Shown here piece by piece: positions 9,131 through 18,742 of a DNA stretch of 64,000 bases (position 1 is its first letter; each line of letters opens with the position of its first letter). The stretch lies in the NCBI GenBank assembly GCA_951812505.1, contig CATOSI010000001.1, positions 857,273 to 921,272 on the forward strand. Reading direction: 5' to 3'. The notes beneath the pieces are model-generated. The model did not search any database and was not told the origin of the DNA. It saw nothing but the letters and a program-made list of their open reading frames with translations. The stretch comes from an uncultured Dehalococcoidia bacterium (lineage in GTDB: Bacteria; Chloroflexota; Dehalococcoidia; Lucifugimonadales; UBA1123). The translations under genes and the position numbers were made by a program.

Positions 9131-10168
9131 ATGAACTGGAAATTTACCATAGCGCTGGTGATCCTCGCGGCTGCAATTGGAGCAGTCGCATACATAAATC
9201 CATTCGAAGGAGAAGAAGAGAGAGCGGACAAGTCTCCCTGGTTCTACCAGGTCAGCTTTGACGACATCATCAAAATCAAGGTCCAGTCCGGTGAAAACGT
9301 GGAGAGTTTCACCAAAATCGGAGAAGGGTCCTGGGTATTCGACAGACTGGAAGGCATTCCGCCTTCTCACCTGAGATGGGGCGGCATCGTTCTTCTAGTC
9401 AGCGGCCCGCAGACAAGGCGTGATTTCTCCACGGTAAGGCCGGTTATAGACGATCCGGCCCAGTACGGCCTTGACGACCCTGGACTCATTGTAAACCTGG
9501 GCCTTACAGGCGACCGCGAGCTCGAATTCAGGCTTGGCGACAAAACGACGGACGGCAACCATAACTATGGGCAGGTAATTGGCTTCCCCCAACTCTTCCT
9601 CATTGCAGACCTGTGGGGCGACGTTCTCGCCAGACTCGCCCACGAGCCTCCGGTTCCAAAGTGGTGGGAGACACGCGACCCGGATACAATCTCCGAGGTC
9701 AACATCGTTCTGGGTGAGCCCGGCAACTTCGATTCTCCGTATCTCCGCATACAGAACAAGGACGGCGAATGGCTCGCGCGCCACTTCCAGAATGATACTG
9801 ACAATCGGCCACTGGACGACGACGTGTGGACGTCGGAATATAAGACTCTAATGGGTGGACCAGGCAGCATCATGGTCGAGGAGTACCGGGTTCGGGATCG
9901 CGATTATTCAGACTGGGGAATCGATCAGGACGGGCACTCCGTAGAGATTCGCTTCTCCGGACTAACGGAGCGGGGCACCAGATACACCGATGGCGTTCTC
10001 TTCCTGATAGGGAACAAGACCGAGGACGGCGAACACTATTTTGCGGTCCCCGCTTCCGATCAGACACTCGTGCCAGTAGTGCTTCTGGATGCGGCCTGGA
10101 CCGAGAAGATGTTCGATCTGGTCGGCAACGTACCCTACGCGGACGAGACAGCTTCTCAGTCGGGCTAA
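9131..10168 (+). CDS. DUF4340-like protein, fourth gene of the GldAFG-type cluster
   Basis: N-terminal TM anchor and a position directly after the gldG-like gene. Family assignment is from architecture and context only. Confidence 0.55.
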   Translation: MNWKFTIALVILAAAIGAVAYINPFEGEEERADKSPWFYQVSFDDIIKIKVQSGENVESFTKIGEGSWVFDRLEGIPPSHLRWGGIVLLVSGPQTRRDFSTVRPVIDDPAQYGLDDPGLIVNLGLTGDRELEFRLGDKTTDGNHNYGQVIGFPQLFLIADLWGDVLARLAHEPPVPKWWETRDPDTISEVNIVLGEPGNFDSPYLRIQNKDGEWLARHFQNDTDNRPLDDDVWTSEYKTLMGGPGSIMVEEYRVRDRDYSDWGIDQDGHSVEIRFSGLTERGTRYTDGVLFLIGNKTEDGEHYFAVPASDQTLVPVVLLDAAWTEKMFDLVGNVPYADETASQSG

Positions 10169-10282
10169 GCCGCGCCATATCCCGTCTTTCAACTGCTCCC
10201 AAGTCGGGATATACTTGTGCCGAATTTTCTGCCCGATTTAGCAGTTAGCGCCGCGATGCGGAACGCTTGCGACACGAGGTCA

Positions 10283-11539
10283 ATGCACTTGAACGCTGAG
10301 ATTATAGCCGTCGGCACCGAACTCCTGATGGGCGAGACCGTGGACACCAACTCCTCATACCTCGCCGACGAACTCGCCAAGATAGGCGTCGAACTGCAAT
10401 GGGCGACCAAGGTCGGCGACCATCCCGGCAGGCTCGAAGAAGCGATTGAGCGCGCTTGGAGAAGATCCGACATCACAATAACGACGGGTGGCCTCGGCCC
10501 TACTTCGGACGACCTCACCCGGGAATCTATCGCCGCCGTTATGGGTGAAGAGATGGAGGTGCAGAAAGACCTTCTCGCTCACTTGACTTCGCAGTTCGAG
10601 AGTCGAGGCGTAAAGATGCCCGCCACTAACATCAAGCAGGCGACCCTCATCCCGTCCGCGGAAGTGATCCCCAACCCCATGGGCACAGCGCCAGGATGGT
10701 GGGTGGAAAAGGATGGGCACGCAATAGCAGCGATGCCGGGTCCACCCAGGGAAATCACCCATATGTGGGACAACCAAGTTGGTCCGCGCCTACGCTCGCT
10801 CAACCCCGAAATAGCGATAGTCACTCGCACGCTGAAGACCTTCGGAATCACGGAAGGCGGTCTGGACGAGATGCTTTCGCCACTCTTCCAGAGCGAGAAT
10901 CCCAATCTCGGAATCTATTCCAAGCAGGACGGAATACACCTTCGCGCTATCGCAAGTGCCTCGACTGAGACTGAGGCGCAGGCGCTGATCGAGCCAATGG
11001 AACGCGAGATAAGAAGGGTTGCCGGCCATGCTATCTGGGGCGAAGACGACGACACGCCGGTATCGGCGGCGCTGGACGCGCTTTCAGGCAGAGACCTGAC
11101 ACTTGCGGTAGCGGAAGGATTCACCGGGGGCCTGCTTTCCAGCACACTGTTGGAGTCCTCATCCGCATCCAGTATCCTCGCTGGGAGCATCGTCATCACG
11201 GGCGGCGACTCAGATAGGCTCATACTGGACACGTCGCTTGACAACCCGGACAGCCCCAGACCCTATGACGCCTCCAATTTGGCGCTTGCGGTCAGGGATA
11301 AGATTGGCGCGGACGTCGGCCTCGCCATGACGCCTCTGGTATCCGAGGAGACGGAGGACTCCGGCCCCGTTGGAACTACGCACATCGCCATAGCATCAGG
11401 CGGCGAGGTATTCGTCCGCTCAGGCCACTATCCCACCCGCCGACTGAGGATACGCGCCCGCGCCGTAACCCACGCGCTTCTGGAACTCGCCAAATGCCTC
11501 GAAACAGGGGCTGGCGGACACGAATCGCGCTGGGGATAG
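10283..11539 (+). CDS. cinA: CinA-family protein (competence/damage-inducible, NMN deamidase type)
   Basis: MHLNAEIIAVGTELLMGETVDTNSSYLA is the canonical CinA N-terminus. RBS GAGGT precedes ATG 10283. Confidence 0.85.
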   Translation: MHLNAEIIAVGTELLMGETVDTNSSYLADELAKIGVELQWATKVGDHPGRLEEAIERAWRRSDITITTGGLGPTSDDLTRESIAAVMGEEMEVQKDLLAHLTSQFESRGVKMPATNIKQATLIPSAEVIPNPMGTAPGWWVEKDGHAIAAMPGPPREITHMWDNQVGPRLRSLNPEIAIVTRTLKTFGITEGGLDEMLSPLFQSENPNLGIYSKQDGIHLRAIASASTETEAQALIEPMEREIRRVAGHAIWGEDDDTPVSAALDALSGRDLTLAVAEGFTGGLLSSTLLESSSASSILAGSIVITGGDSDRLILDTSLDNPDSPRPYDASNLALAVRDKIGADVGLAMTPLVSEETEDSGPVGTTHIAIASGGEVFVRSGHYPTRRLRIRARAVTHALLELAKCLETGAGGHESRWG

Positions 11540-11642
11540 AACTTCAGCCTTAAGCCCGACTGATCGTGCGTACGAAGCGCATGGGGCCCGTGCCGAGTCG
11601 TGTCTTATTCCAATTGACGTCGTGTCCTAGAGACTCTGACAC

Positions 11643-11675
11643 AAAAAGCCGGGCGACCCCCATAAGGAGTCGCCC
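11643..11675 (-). terminator. intrinsic terminator after the VWA gene
   Basis: On the minus strand: GGGCGAC-(11 nt)-GTCGCCC followed by GGCTTTTT. Confidence 0.55.
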
Positions 11676-11717
11676 TTGTTATCAAACGAAATCGGAGTCT
11701 CGACAACGCGTTTAGCC

Positions 11718-14700
11718 CTACATCGTCAGGCTGCGATAGAGGTACAGCAGACGCTCGGGCAGGTCGTAGATGTTGTCCAGAACTTCGTAGCCCATGTCGG
11801 CGCACATCGTCTTGAGATAGTCGTGGCCATTCTTGTCCACCGTGAGGCAGAAGGCATTAATATCCTTCCGTCGCGCCTCTTCGAGCGCCATGCGCGTGTC
11901 GTGGACGGCGTACTCCTTCTCCACTCCCTCACGACTGTACCCACGGTCCTGTGGACGGCCGTCGCTTACCAGGAACAGTATCTTAGTGCGCGCGTCAGCC
12001 ATCTCCAGCTTCGAGGTGGTGTGGCGGATTGCCGGGCCCATCCTCGTGGCATGGAGCGGCGCGACCCGATCAATCCGGCGCTTCACGCGGTCGGAGAAGG
12101 TCTCGTCCAAATCCTTGATGGTGTAGTATTCGACGTTCTCGCGTCCGTAGCCTGAGAAGCCGTATATGCCGTATATGTCGCCGATTGCCTCGAGCGCATT
12201 TACGATCAGGACTATCGCTTCCTTCTCTACGTCAATTATTCGCTTATAGGACCGGCGAGCGGCCTCCCCGCGCCGGGTGCGCAGCCAGACCATGTACTCG
12301 ACGGGATCGTCCGGAGCGTCCCAGTCGTCGGCGGTGCGCTTGCCCTCATCAATCGCCTCGGCTGTGGATGCGCTGGTGTCAATCAGGAAGGCGGCGGCCA
12401 CCTCGCGCTGGACCTTGTTCCTGCGCCAGTAGAACTTGTCCGACGGACTGACGCCCGTCTTCATGTCCACGATGGCCTCGATTACATCATCAATGTCCAG
12501 TTCCTCGCCGTCCTCCAGCTTGCGTACCTTGCGCATAGTCTCGGGCACCATTAGCTCGAACTGTCGGCGAATGCGCGACACCAGGCCGCCGTAGCTGTGC
12601 AGTGTCCCGCCAAAGAAGTTCGGGTCGCCCTCAGCCATCATCTTCTGCCTGACAATACACCATCTCGGCTTGTAATCCCCGGCCCTGAAGTCCCACTCGT
12701 CATACACGAATGTCTGGGGCTCGTTGGCCTCCAGCGAATCACCGTCCTCGTCAATGTGGACGAACGGCCCGTTGCTGAATTCGGGGTTGTCGGGGAGCTG
12801 CATTCCCGCCTCTTTGAGCAGGTTGTCCGCGAACATCCCTTGCGTATCCTGTAGGTCGCCTTCCACTGCCTCCAGATCGAGTTCCGCGCTGTTCTGAAGC
12901 AACTCTTCCAGCTGCTCCTGCGTAATGGGCTCGCCACTGGCGTCGCCGGCGTTGTCCTGCTGCTGCATACGAAGCTGGGTGAGAAGCTGAACGAGTTCAG
13001 GCTTGAAGTCGCCTCGGTAATCTACTTCTTCGGACGACTCGTATTCCTGTTCGCTGTCGGGGCGGAATTCCATGTCCATTCCCATCGCCATCTGCTGGAG
13101 AAGGTCCTGCATGTCGTCGGGATCGGAATACTCTTCCTCCTGGTCTTCCTCGGTGTTAACATCGTCCCAGTCTTCGGGCGGAACTTCCTCATTGGGAATC
13201 GAGGTGATAATGGCGTAGATGCGAAGCGTCGCTTCGGCAGTGTCCTCCACGGTTGCCTCGGCGTTGAGAATCTGGCGGGCGATAGACGCAATCTGCTTCG
13301 CCTGCTCCACGTAGTCGTGAGGGGCGGGAATCTCACGGTACTGCTGAAGACTCAGTCGCACCAGGAATTCCACTAGCGCCTCACGGGCCGGCAGGGTTGT
13401 AATTTCCGGCCTGCCCTCCGACGAGTCCATCTGGACGCGCGCATACGCGCTTTTGATGCCCGGGTATTCGTACTTGACACGGAAATCCAGCCTGCCGTCC
13501 TCGACGACGGTGAACACATCTAGCGCGAGCTTACGGTCCTCGAAGAGGTTGAAGAACCGCTGCATATCGGTTATCCAGGCCCGCTCCAGACCTTCGCCGG
13601 ACAAATCCGCGTCCACGTCTGTTCCATTCGTCGGGCCGCCTTCAAGCGTCTTTTGCCCCTCGACCTCGTGTCGGCGGTCTTCGAAAAGCGCCGACGGAGT
13701 ATCGAACTCGAAGAAGAAGCTGCCAAATTCGAGGTGCGCGACCTGGTGCGTGGATACGACCTTGAACCAGGAGAAATTCTCGTCCTTAGTGTGGTAGCGG
13801 TCAACGACGTCGGGCACGAAGACCGTGGAGCCTTCAGTGGACGGAGATTCGGCGGACACCCAGCCGATGTTTCTATCCACGAGTTCCGGCGACGAGGCGA
13901 GCTTGATCTCCTCGCCCGCAAGTCCCCGACAGTACATTTCCATAATGGACTTGATCCTGTCGAACTCCACCCCCGAAGAAAGAGCTTCGAGCATCTCCTC
14001 TGAGTGCGCCGACTCGATCTTGAAGTAAGCCAGGCCGCCGTCCGGGTTCTGGCGCAGCAGGTTTACGCCCTCCGCGTACCACCTTTCAAGCTGGTTCATC
14101 GAGAGGCGATCCATAACCATCGCGGAGGACTTGATGAATTCTGGAACCGCGTCCGGCGACTCCTGTATCAGCGTTTCCGAAAGATTCAGGATGCTGGAAT
14201 GCAGGTCCGGGTCTATCTGCGCGAACGCCTGTGATGTTTCGAGCATTACGCCGGGTATGTTTGAGCCGCCCTTGTGTACCAGTTCTTCGGCTATTCTGAG
14301 GAATCTGAAGCGCTCTTCCGGATCAATCTTGGGCAGTGCCTTCGCCCCCGCGTCGAAGAAACTCTTCACCTCTCGCCAGCCCGACTCAACAAGCGCGGAG
14401 GCGAGAGTGATGAAGGCGGTCTTGTCCTCCCCGATCAGTGGGAATATCTGTGTCCCGAGCGACAGGCATTCGGATGCCAGATCGTAAGACCTGTGAGAGA
14501 GGGCGTCCAGAAATGAGACGAACCGTTCAAGTTCGGGGAACGTCAGACTGTCCATCAACGCCGGACTGTAGGTGAAGAACTTGCACGCGAGCGTACTCGA
14601 CTTCCAGGTGCCCTTATACAGGCTTCCTCCCAGCGCGGCCCAGCTTTCTATGTGGCGGGAGCGCAGTTTACCCATCGCCGCGGGCGACGCATCGAAGTAC

Positions 14701-15008
14701 GCTGCTGCCAAGGTCGGCGATTCCTTGCACAGTTCCGCGCCGCAGTCCGTCCACTTCATAAAGTAGTTGAACGGCATGTACGCGACTACTTTGGGACTGA
14801 CCTTGAAGTATTGAGCGGCGGCTTCCCAAGAGCGTACCGTCTGGTCTGCTATGCCGAGACCGGCGCGGCCCCATACAAGTACGTTGTCCTCTTCCATGGA
14901 CTTGGGCATCATGGAGCGGGCCTTGTCGAACTCCTCGACGACCGGCGCCGGGAATCTCTTGAATTCAGCCCTGAGCTCTTTTAGTGTTGGCAGTTGCTCG
15001 TTAACCAC
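11718..15008 (-). CDS. CbbO/NorD-like von Willebrand factor A protein (1096 aa)
   Basis: C-terminal VWA with MIDAS DTSAS (FLIDTSASTAE) and LFLVSDGRPQD. YDEWDFRAGDYKPRWCIV box typical of CbbO/NorD. Long acidic linker. GTG start 5 nt after TAAGGAGG. Confidence 0.8.
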   Translation of the reverse strand: MVNEQLPTLKELRAEFKRFPAPVVEEFDKARSMMPKSMEEDNVLVWGRAGLGIADQTVRSWEAAAQYFKVSPKVVAYMPFNYFMKWTDCGAELCKESPTLAAAYFDASPAAMGKLRSRHIESWAALGGSLYKGTWKSSTLACKFFTYSPALMDSLTFPELERFVSFLDALSHRSYDLASECLSLGTQIFPLIGEDKTAFITLASALVESGWREVKSFFDAGAKALPKIDPEERFRFLRIAEELVHKGGSNIPGVMLETSQAFAQIDPDLHSSILNLSETLIQESPDAVPEFIKSSAMVMDRLSMNQLERWYAEGVNLLRQNPDGGLAYFKIESAHSEEMLEALSSGVEFDRIKSIMEMYCRGLAGEEIKLASSPELVDRNIGWVSAESPSTEGSTVFVPDVVDRYHTKDENFSWFKVVSTHQVAHLEFGSFFFEFDTPSALFEDRRHEVEGQKTLEGGPTNGTDVDADLSGEGLERAWITDMQRFFNLFEDRKLALDVFTVVEDGRLDFRVKYEYPGIKSAYARVQMDSSEGRPEITTLPAREALVEFLVRLSLQQYREIPAPHDYVEQAKQIASIARQILNAEATVEDTAEATLRIYAIITSIPNEEVPPEDWDDVNTEEDQEEEYSDPDDMQDLLQQMAMGMDMEFRPDSEQEYESSEEVDYRGDFKPELVQLLTQLRMQQQDNAGDASGEPITQEQLEELLQNSAELDLEAVEGDLQDTQGMFADNLLKEAGMQLPDNPEFSNGPFVHIDEDGDSLEANEPQTFVYDEWDFRAGDYKPRWCIVRQKMMAEGDPNFFGGTLHSYGGLVSRIRRQFELMVPETMRKVRKLEDGEELDIDDVIEAIVDMKTGVSPSDKFYWRRNKVQREVAAAFLIDTSASTAEAIDEGKRTADDWDAPDDPVEYMVWLRTRRGEAARRSYKRIIDVEKEAIVLIVNALEAIGDIYGIYGFSGYGRENVEYYTIKDLDETFSDRVKRRIDRVAPLHATRMGPAIRHTTSKLEMADARTKILFLVSDGRPQDRGYSREGVEKEYAVHDTRMALEEARRKDINAFCLTVDKNGHDYLKTMCADMGYEVLDNIYDLPERLLYLYRSLTM

Positions 15009-15017
15009 GGGGCCTCC

Positions 15018-15593
15018 TTACAAGGGCGCGTCTTTTGTCAGGCTCAAAAACTGTTCCAGAATTCTTGCCGTCGCTCCGAAAATCACATGACCGTCATACA
15101 CGTATATGGGCATCCTGTGAAACTCGCCGGCTTCCAGTCTGACATCATCTCTGAACGAAGTCGGCTTACGCAGATGCGTTACGGGCACCAGAAGCACCTC
15201 ATCCACTTCGGCTTCAGAGGGCGTGAAAGTATAGGGCGACGGAATGGTTCCGACGAAAGTCGAGATCATGAAGTCCGAAATAGTCGGTGTGTCGTCGAGA
15301 CGTCCCAGGACACTCACGTCGTCCGGGCTGATTCCCATCTCCTCGTCAGCCTCTCGAAGCGCCGTATGCAGACGCGATTCATCGTCCCTGTCAACCATTC
15401 CGCCGGGGAAGGAGATCTCTCCCTTGTGATGCTCCACCAACTGCGAACGCTTCTGGAGAACGATGCGAAGGTCGCCTTCCACCTCGTAAAGCGCAAGGAG
15501 GACGGCGGCGGGAGACATACGGTGTTTTTCTGCCGTCGCCGTCCTCCGATTCTCAAGAATGCGCTTAGTGCTGTTTATGAAGTCTAGGCCCAA
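15018..15593 (-). CDS. NUDIX hydrolase, CoA-pyrophosphatase type
   Basis: Nudix box GGMVDRDDESRLHTALREADEEMGI, preceded by the CoAse-type signature IVLQKRSQLVEHHKGEISFPGG. Confidence 0.75.
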   Translation of the reverse strand: MGLDFINSTKRILENRRTATAEKHRMSPAAVLLALYEVEGDLRIVLQKRSQLVEHHKGEISFPGGMVDRDDESRLHTALREADEEMGISPDDVSVLGRLDDTPTISDFMISTFVGTIPSPYTFTPSEAEVDEVLLVPVTHLRKPTSFRDDVRLEAGEFHRMPIYVYDGHVIFGATARILEQFLSLTKDAPL

Positions 15594-15635
15594 ACCAGGC
15601 CCTCAATCCTCGGAACGGCCCGAAGCCGGTGTTGA

Positions 15636-16529
15636 CTACTCGAATATCGAAGTGGTGAGTTCCTCAATGCTGCGCTGGATGTTGAAGTCGTCGGTCACCG
15701 ACCAGTTGACGGCAACCTGGCAGGCGCGGCGCGGCGGAACTCCCTGGGAGATCAGCTGCCCGGCGTATATCAGCAAGCGCGTGCTCGCGCCCTCGGCCAG
15801 ACCGTGTTCCTTCAGATTGCGGATTTTCTCGCCCAGCTTGGCGAGTTGGAGCGCCGTTTCTTCGTCAACGCCGGACTCGTGGGCCACTATCGTCGCCTCA
15901 GTATCACGCGGCGGATAGTTGAACTCTATCGAGACGAATCTCTGACGTGTGCTGTGCTTGAGGTCTTTCAGGGCGCTCTGGTATCCCGGATTGTACGACA
16001 ACACAAGCAGGAAGCCCTCCGCCGCCTCAAGAAGTTCTCCTCGCTTCTCGACGGGTAGAATTCTGCGATGGTCTGTAAGCGGATGAATCAGGACTGTCGT
16101 ATCCTTGCGCGCCTCGACTATCTCGTCCAGGTAGCATATTCCGCCCGCCTTGACCGCGCGGGTGAGCGGACCGTCAATCCATACGGTCTGGTCGCCCTCG
16201 AGAAGATACCTTCCCACCAAGTCGCTGGCAGTCAGGTCCTCATGGCAGGCAATCGTCACGAGCGGCAGGTTGTCCCTGTCATCGGTCTCACCACTGCCGT
16301 TGACCTGCTTCACGCGCGTCAGCGGCTGCCCCAGTCTGTAAGACATATACTCGACGAAGCGCGTCTTGCCGCAGCCGGTCGGGCCCTTGAAGATAAGGGG
16401 TATCTTCTGGGCGTATGCCGCTTCGAACAGCTGGACCTCGTCGCCCAGGGGAACGTAGTACGGCTCTTCAGTGAGATGGTACTCCTCGATAATGTAGCTT
16501 CGGAAAAGCGTTTGCGTCCGTGATGTCAT
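15636..16529 (-). CDS. CbbQ/NirQ/NorQ-family MoxR-type AAA+ ATPase
   Basis: Walker A GPTGCGKT, Walker [11 protein letters not shown], about 297 aa, and the typical YY.P.G.E..L N-terminus. Confidence 0.85.
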   Translation of the reverse strand: MTSRTQTLFRSYIIEEYHLTEEPYYVPLGDEVQLFEAAYAQKIPLIFKGPTGCGKTRFVEYMSYRLGQPLTRVKQVNGSGETDDRDNLPLVTIACHEDLTASDLVGRYLLEGDQTVWIDGPLTRAVKAGGICYLDEIVEARKDTTVLIHPLTDHRRILPVEKRGELLEAAEGFLLVLSYNPGYQSALKDLKHSTRQRFVSIEFNYPPRDTEATIVAHESGVDEETALQLAKLGEKIRNLKEHGLAEGASTRLLIYAGQLISQGVPPRRACQVAVNWSVTDDFNIQRSIEELTTSIFE

Positions 16530-16548
16530 CTGACTGCCTGGTCTCCTT

Positions 16549-17154
16549 TTATCCTTCTTTTCGCGCGGAAACTCTCGAATTCCAGGTCTCCGCTATCGAA
16601 GACTCGAGCTCATAGATTCCCGAAGCGTTAGCGATTACAACGTCGGCGTGTGTTACGCGCTCATCCTGCGGCATCTGCGATTCGATCCTGGAAAGCGCCT
16701 GTTCGCGCGACATTCCCCTTCCGGTCAGCCTGGACAGAACGTCCTCCTGCGGAGCGGTAACTACCCAGACCTCGTCAGCGAGCGGTGTCCACTTCGCCTC
16801 TATCAGCAGCGCGGCTTCTACCACTACCACACTGACCCCATCGGAAGTCAGGGACTCGATTCGATCCCGAATCATAGCATATATTCTGGGATGCACAATC
16901 GAATTGAGGCGTTGGAGGTGCACGGGGTCGCTGAACACGATGGCCCCCAGCTTCCTGCGGTCAATCTGCTCGTCGTCGTCGAGAATGTCCTGCCCGAACG
17001 CCGATACGACTTCGCGCCAAGTCTCCGTGTGCGGCAGATATGCCTCGTGCCCCACGAGGTCGGCGTTGATTACCGTTGCTCCGTGACCTTGAAGAAACTT
17101 CGACACCTGCGTCTTGCCAGTGCCGATACCCCCAGTAAGTCCAATGACGAACAT
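16549..17154 (-). CDS. coaE: dephospho-CoA kinase
   Basis: [16 protein letters not shown]-loop at the N-terminus; about 200 aa. Confidence 0.85.
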   Translation of the reverse strand: MFVIGLTGGIGTGKTQVSKFLQGHGATVINADLVGHEAYLPHTETWREVVSAFGQDILDDDEQIDRRKLGAIVFSDPVHLQRLNSIVHPRIYAMIRDRIESLTSDGVSVVVVEAALLIEAKWTPLADEVWVVTAPQEDVLSRLTGRGMSREQALSRIESQMPQDERVTHADVVIANASGIYELESSIAETWNSRVSARKEG

Positions 17155-17350
17155 TCAAAACCTAGCATTTGAGAAAGTCTTCACATTCTACTAGAGCGGC
17201 TGAAACAGGGTCAACTTGGCGTTTTCAATTCGTGAGCCTCTGGCCTTTCTCCAGCCATTCATTCAAACAATGGCATGGACTGAGGCGCGCACGATTCACG
17301 CAGTATATAATGACTCGGACGCATCACCACACGAAACGGAACAGGCAGGA

Positions 17351-18742
17351 ATGACATCCAGATTCAGAGAAATTCCATCGGTGAACGAAGTTCTGCGCCG
17401 GCAGGAGGTAACCGAGCTAATTACCAGATACTCCCACCAGTCGGTTGTTGAGATCGTTAGGGAGCAACTGGCATCTGCCAGGCGCACCGTCTCACAGGGC
17501 GGTGAACCTCCCGGAATCGAGTCAGTTGCAGAGGAGGTGGCGGATCGTGCCGCTTCCAGGTGGAAGAACTGGCCTGAGACCGTCATCAACGCCACCGGCG
17601 TAATTCTGCACACGAATCTTGGTCGCGCGCCTCTGAGCGACGAGAGTATCGAGGCAGCGTCCGTCGCAGCTTCAGGTTACAGCGACCTGGAGTTCGACCT
17701 TGCTTCCGGCAAGCGGGGTTCCAGGCAGGCTCATATCTCGCAGTTGGTCTGCGAGGCGACAGGCGCGGAAGCGGCGCTCGTCGTGAACAACAACGCCTCG
17801 GCGGTGATGCTCGGACTCGCAGCCATTGCCACTGGCAAAGAAGTCATCGTATCCCGCGGCGAGGCGGTTGAGATCGGCGGCGGGTTCCGAATACCTGACG
17901 TCCTGCGACAAAGTGGAGCGACCCTGGTCGAAGTCGGCACTACGAACCGCACCTACGCGCGCGATTTCGAGGAGGCGATTACCGAGAACACCGGCGCGAT
18001 CCTCTCCGTTCACGCGTCCAATTTCCGCGTAATGGGCTTCACACACGCCCCGACGACGTCCGAGCTGGTCGAGGTTGGCGACAGAAACGGCGTCCCTGTA
18101 CTCCACGATCTGGGCAGCGGCTGCCTGCTCGACACACGACCATACGGACTAGCCTGGGAGCCCCGCCCGCAGGAAAGCATCCGAGACGGCGTGGCGCTGG
18201 GGTTTTTCTCCGGCGATAAGCTGCTGGGAGGGCCACAGGCCGGCATTATCGTCGGCAGAAGAGATTACGTGAACGTCGTCGCCTCTCACCCATTGGCCAG
18301 GGCCGTGAGGATTGACAAGATGAGCATGGCCGCTCTATCCGCCACGATGCTTCACTACATACGCGACGAACCGACCGAAAGAGTCCCCATTTGGCGCATG
18401 ATCTCCGCTCCGCTCGACGAGCTTACAGCGCGAGCGTCCGAATGGAAAGAGGCCGCCGGCGCGTGGGCCGATGTGGTCGAAACGCGCGCCGCGATTGGCG
18501 GCGGCAGCCTGCCCGGAGAGACGATAGAGTCGGTCGCCCTGCGTGTCAACTGCAACCGTGTCGGCATAAGTGCCGAAGCCGTACTCACAGACTTGCGCCA
18601 GGCCGATGAACCCATCATCGCACGAATTGAGGACGACGATGTCCTGCTCGATGTCAGGACTGTACTGTCCAGCCAGGACTCTTCAGTGAAGAGAGCGCTG
18701 GATTGTCTCAACAGAGGTGTGGCCGGACACCAGTCGAAATGA
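17351..18742 (+). CDS. selA: L-seryl-tRNA(Sec) selenium transferase
   Basis: N-terminus FREIPSVNEVL and PLP-lysine motif FSGDKLLGGPQAG; 463 aa from ATG 17351 (RBS AGGCAGGA). The upstream 45 codons of the ORF track are judged non-coding. Confidence 0.9.
   Translation: MTSRFREIPSVNEVLRRQEVTELITRYSHQSVVEIVREQLASARRTVSQGGEPPGIESVAEEVADRAASRWKNWPETVINATGVILHTNLGRAPLSDESIEAASVAASGYSDLEFDLASGKRGSRQAHISQLVCEATGAEAALVVNNNASAVMLGLAAIATGKEVIVSRGEAVEIGGGFRIPDVLRQSGATLVEVGTTNRTYARDFEEAITENTGAILSVHASNFRVMGFTHAPTTSELVEVGDRNGVPVLHDLGSGCLLDTRPYGLAWEPRPQESIRDGVALGFFSGDKLLGGPQAGIIVGRRDYVNVVASHPLARAVRIDKMSMAALSATMLHYIRDEPTERVPIWRMISAPLDELTARASEWKEAAGAWADVVETRAAIGGGSLPGETIESVALRVNCNRVGISAEAVLTDLRQADEPIIARIEDDDVLLDVRTVLSSQDSSVKRALDCLNRGVAGHQSK

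Noticed and set aside
17216-17350. 45-codon N-terminal extension of selA, and comparable extensions of rarA (18703), the MFS gene (52771), ggt (52742), thiL (60247) and trxA (1989)
   Set aside because: The family-typical N-termini begin at internal ATG/GTG codons preceded by good RBSs. The extensions have no similarity to the families and overlap upstream genes or intergenic repeats.
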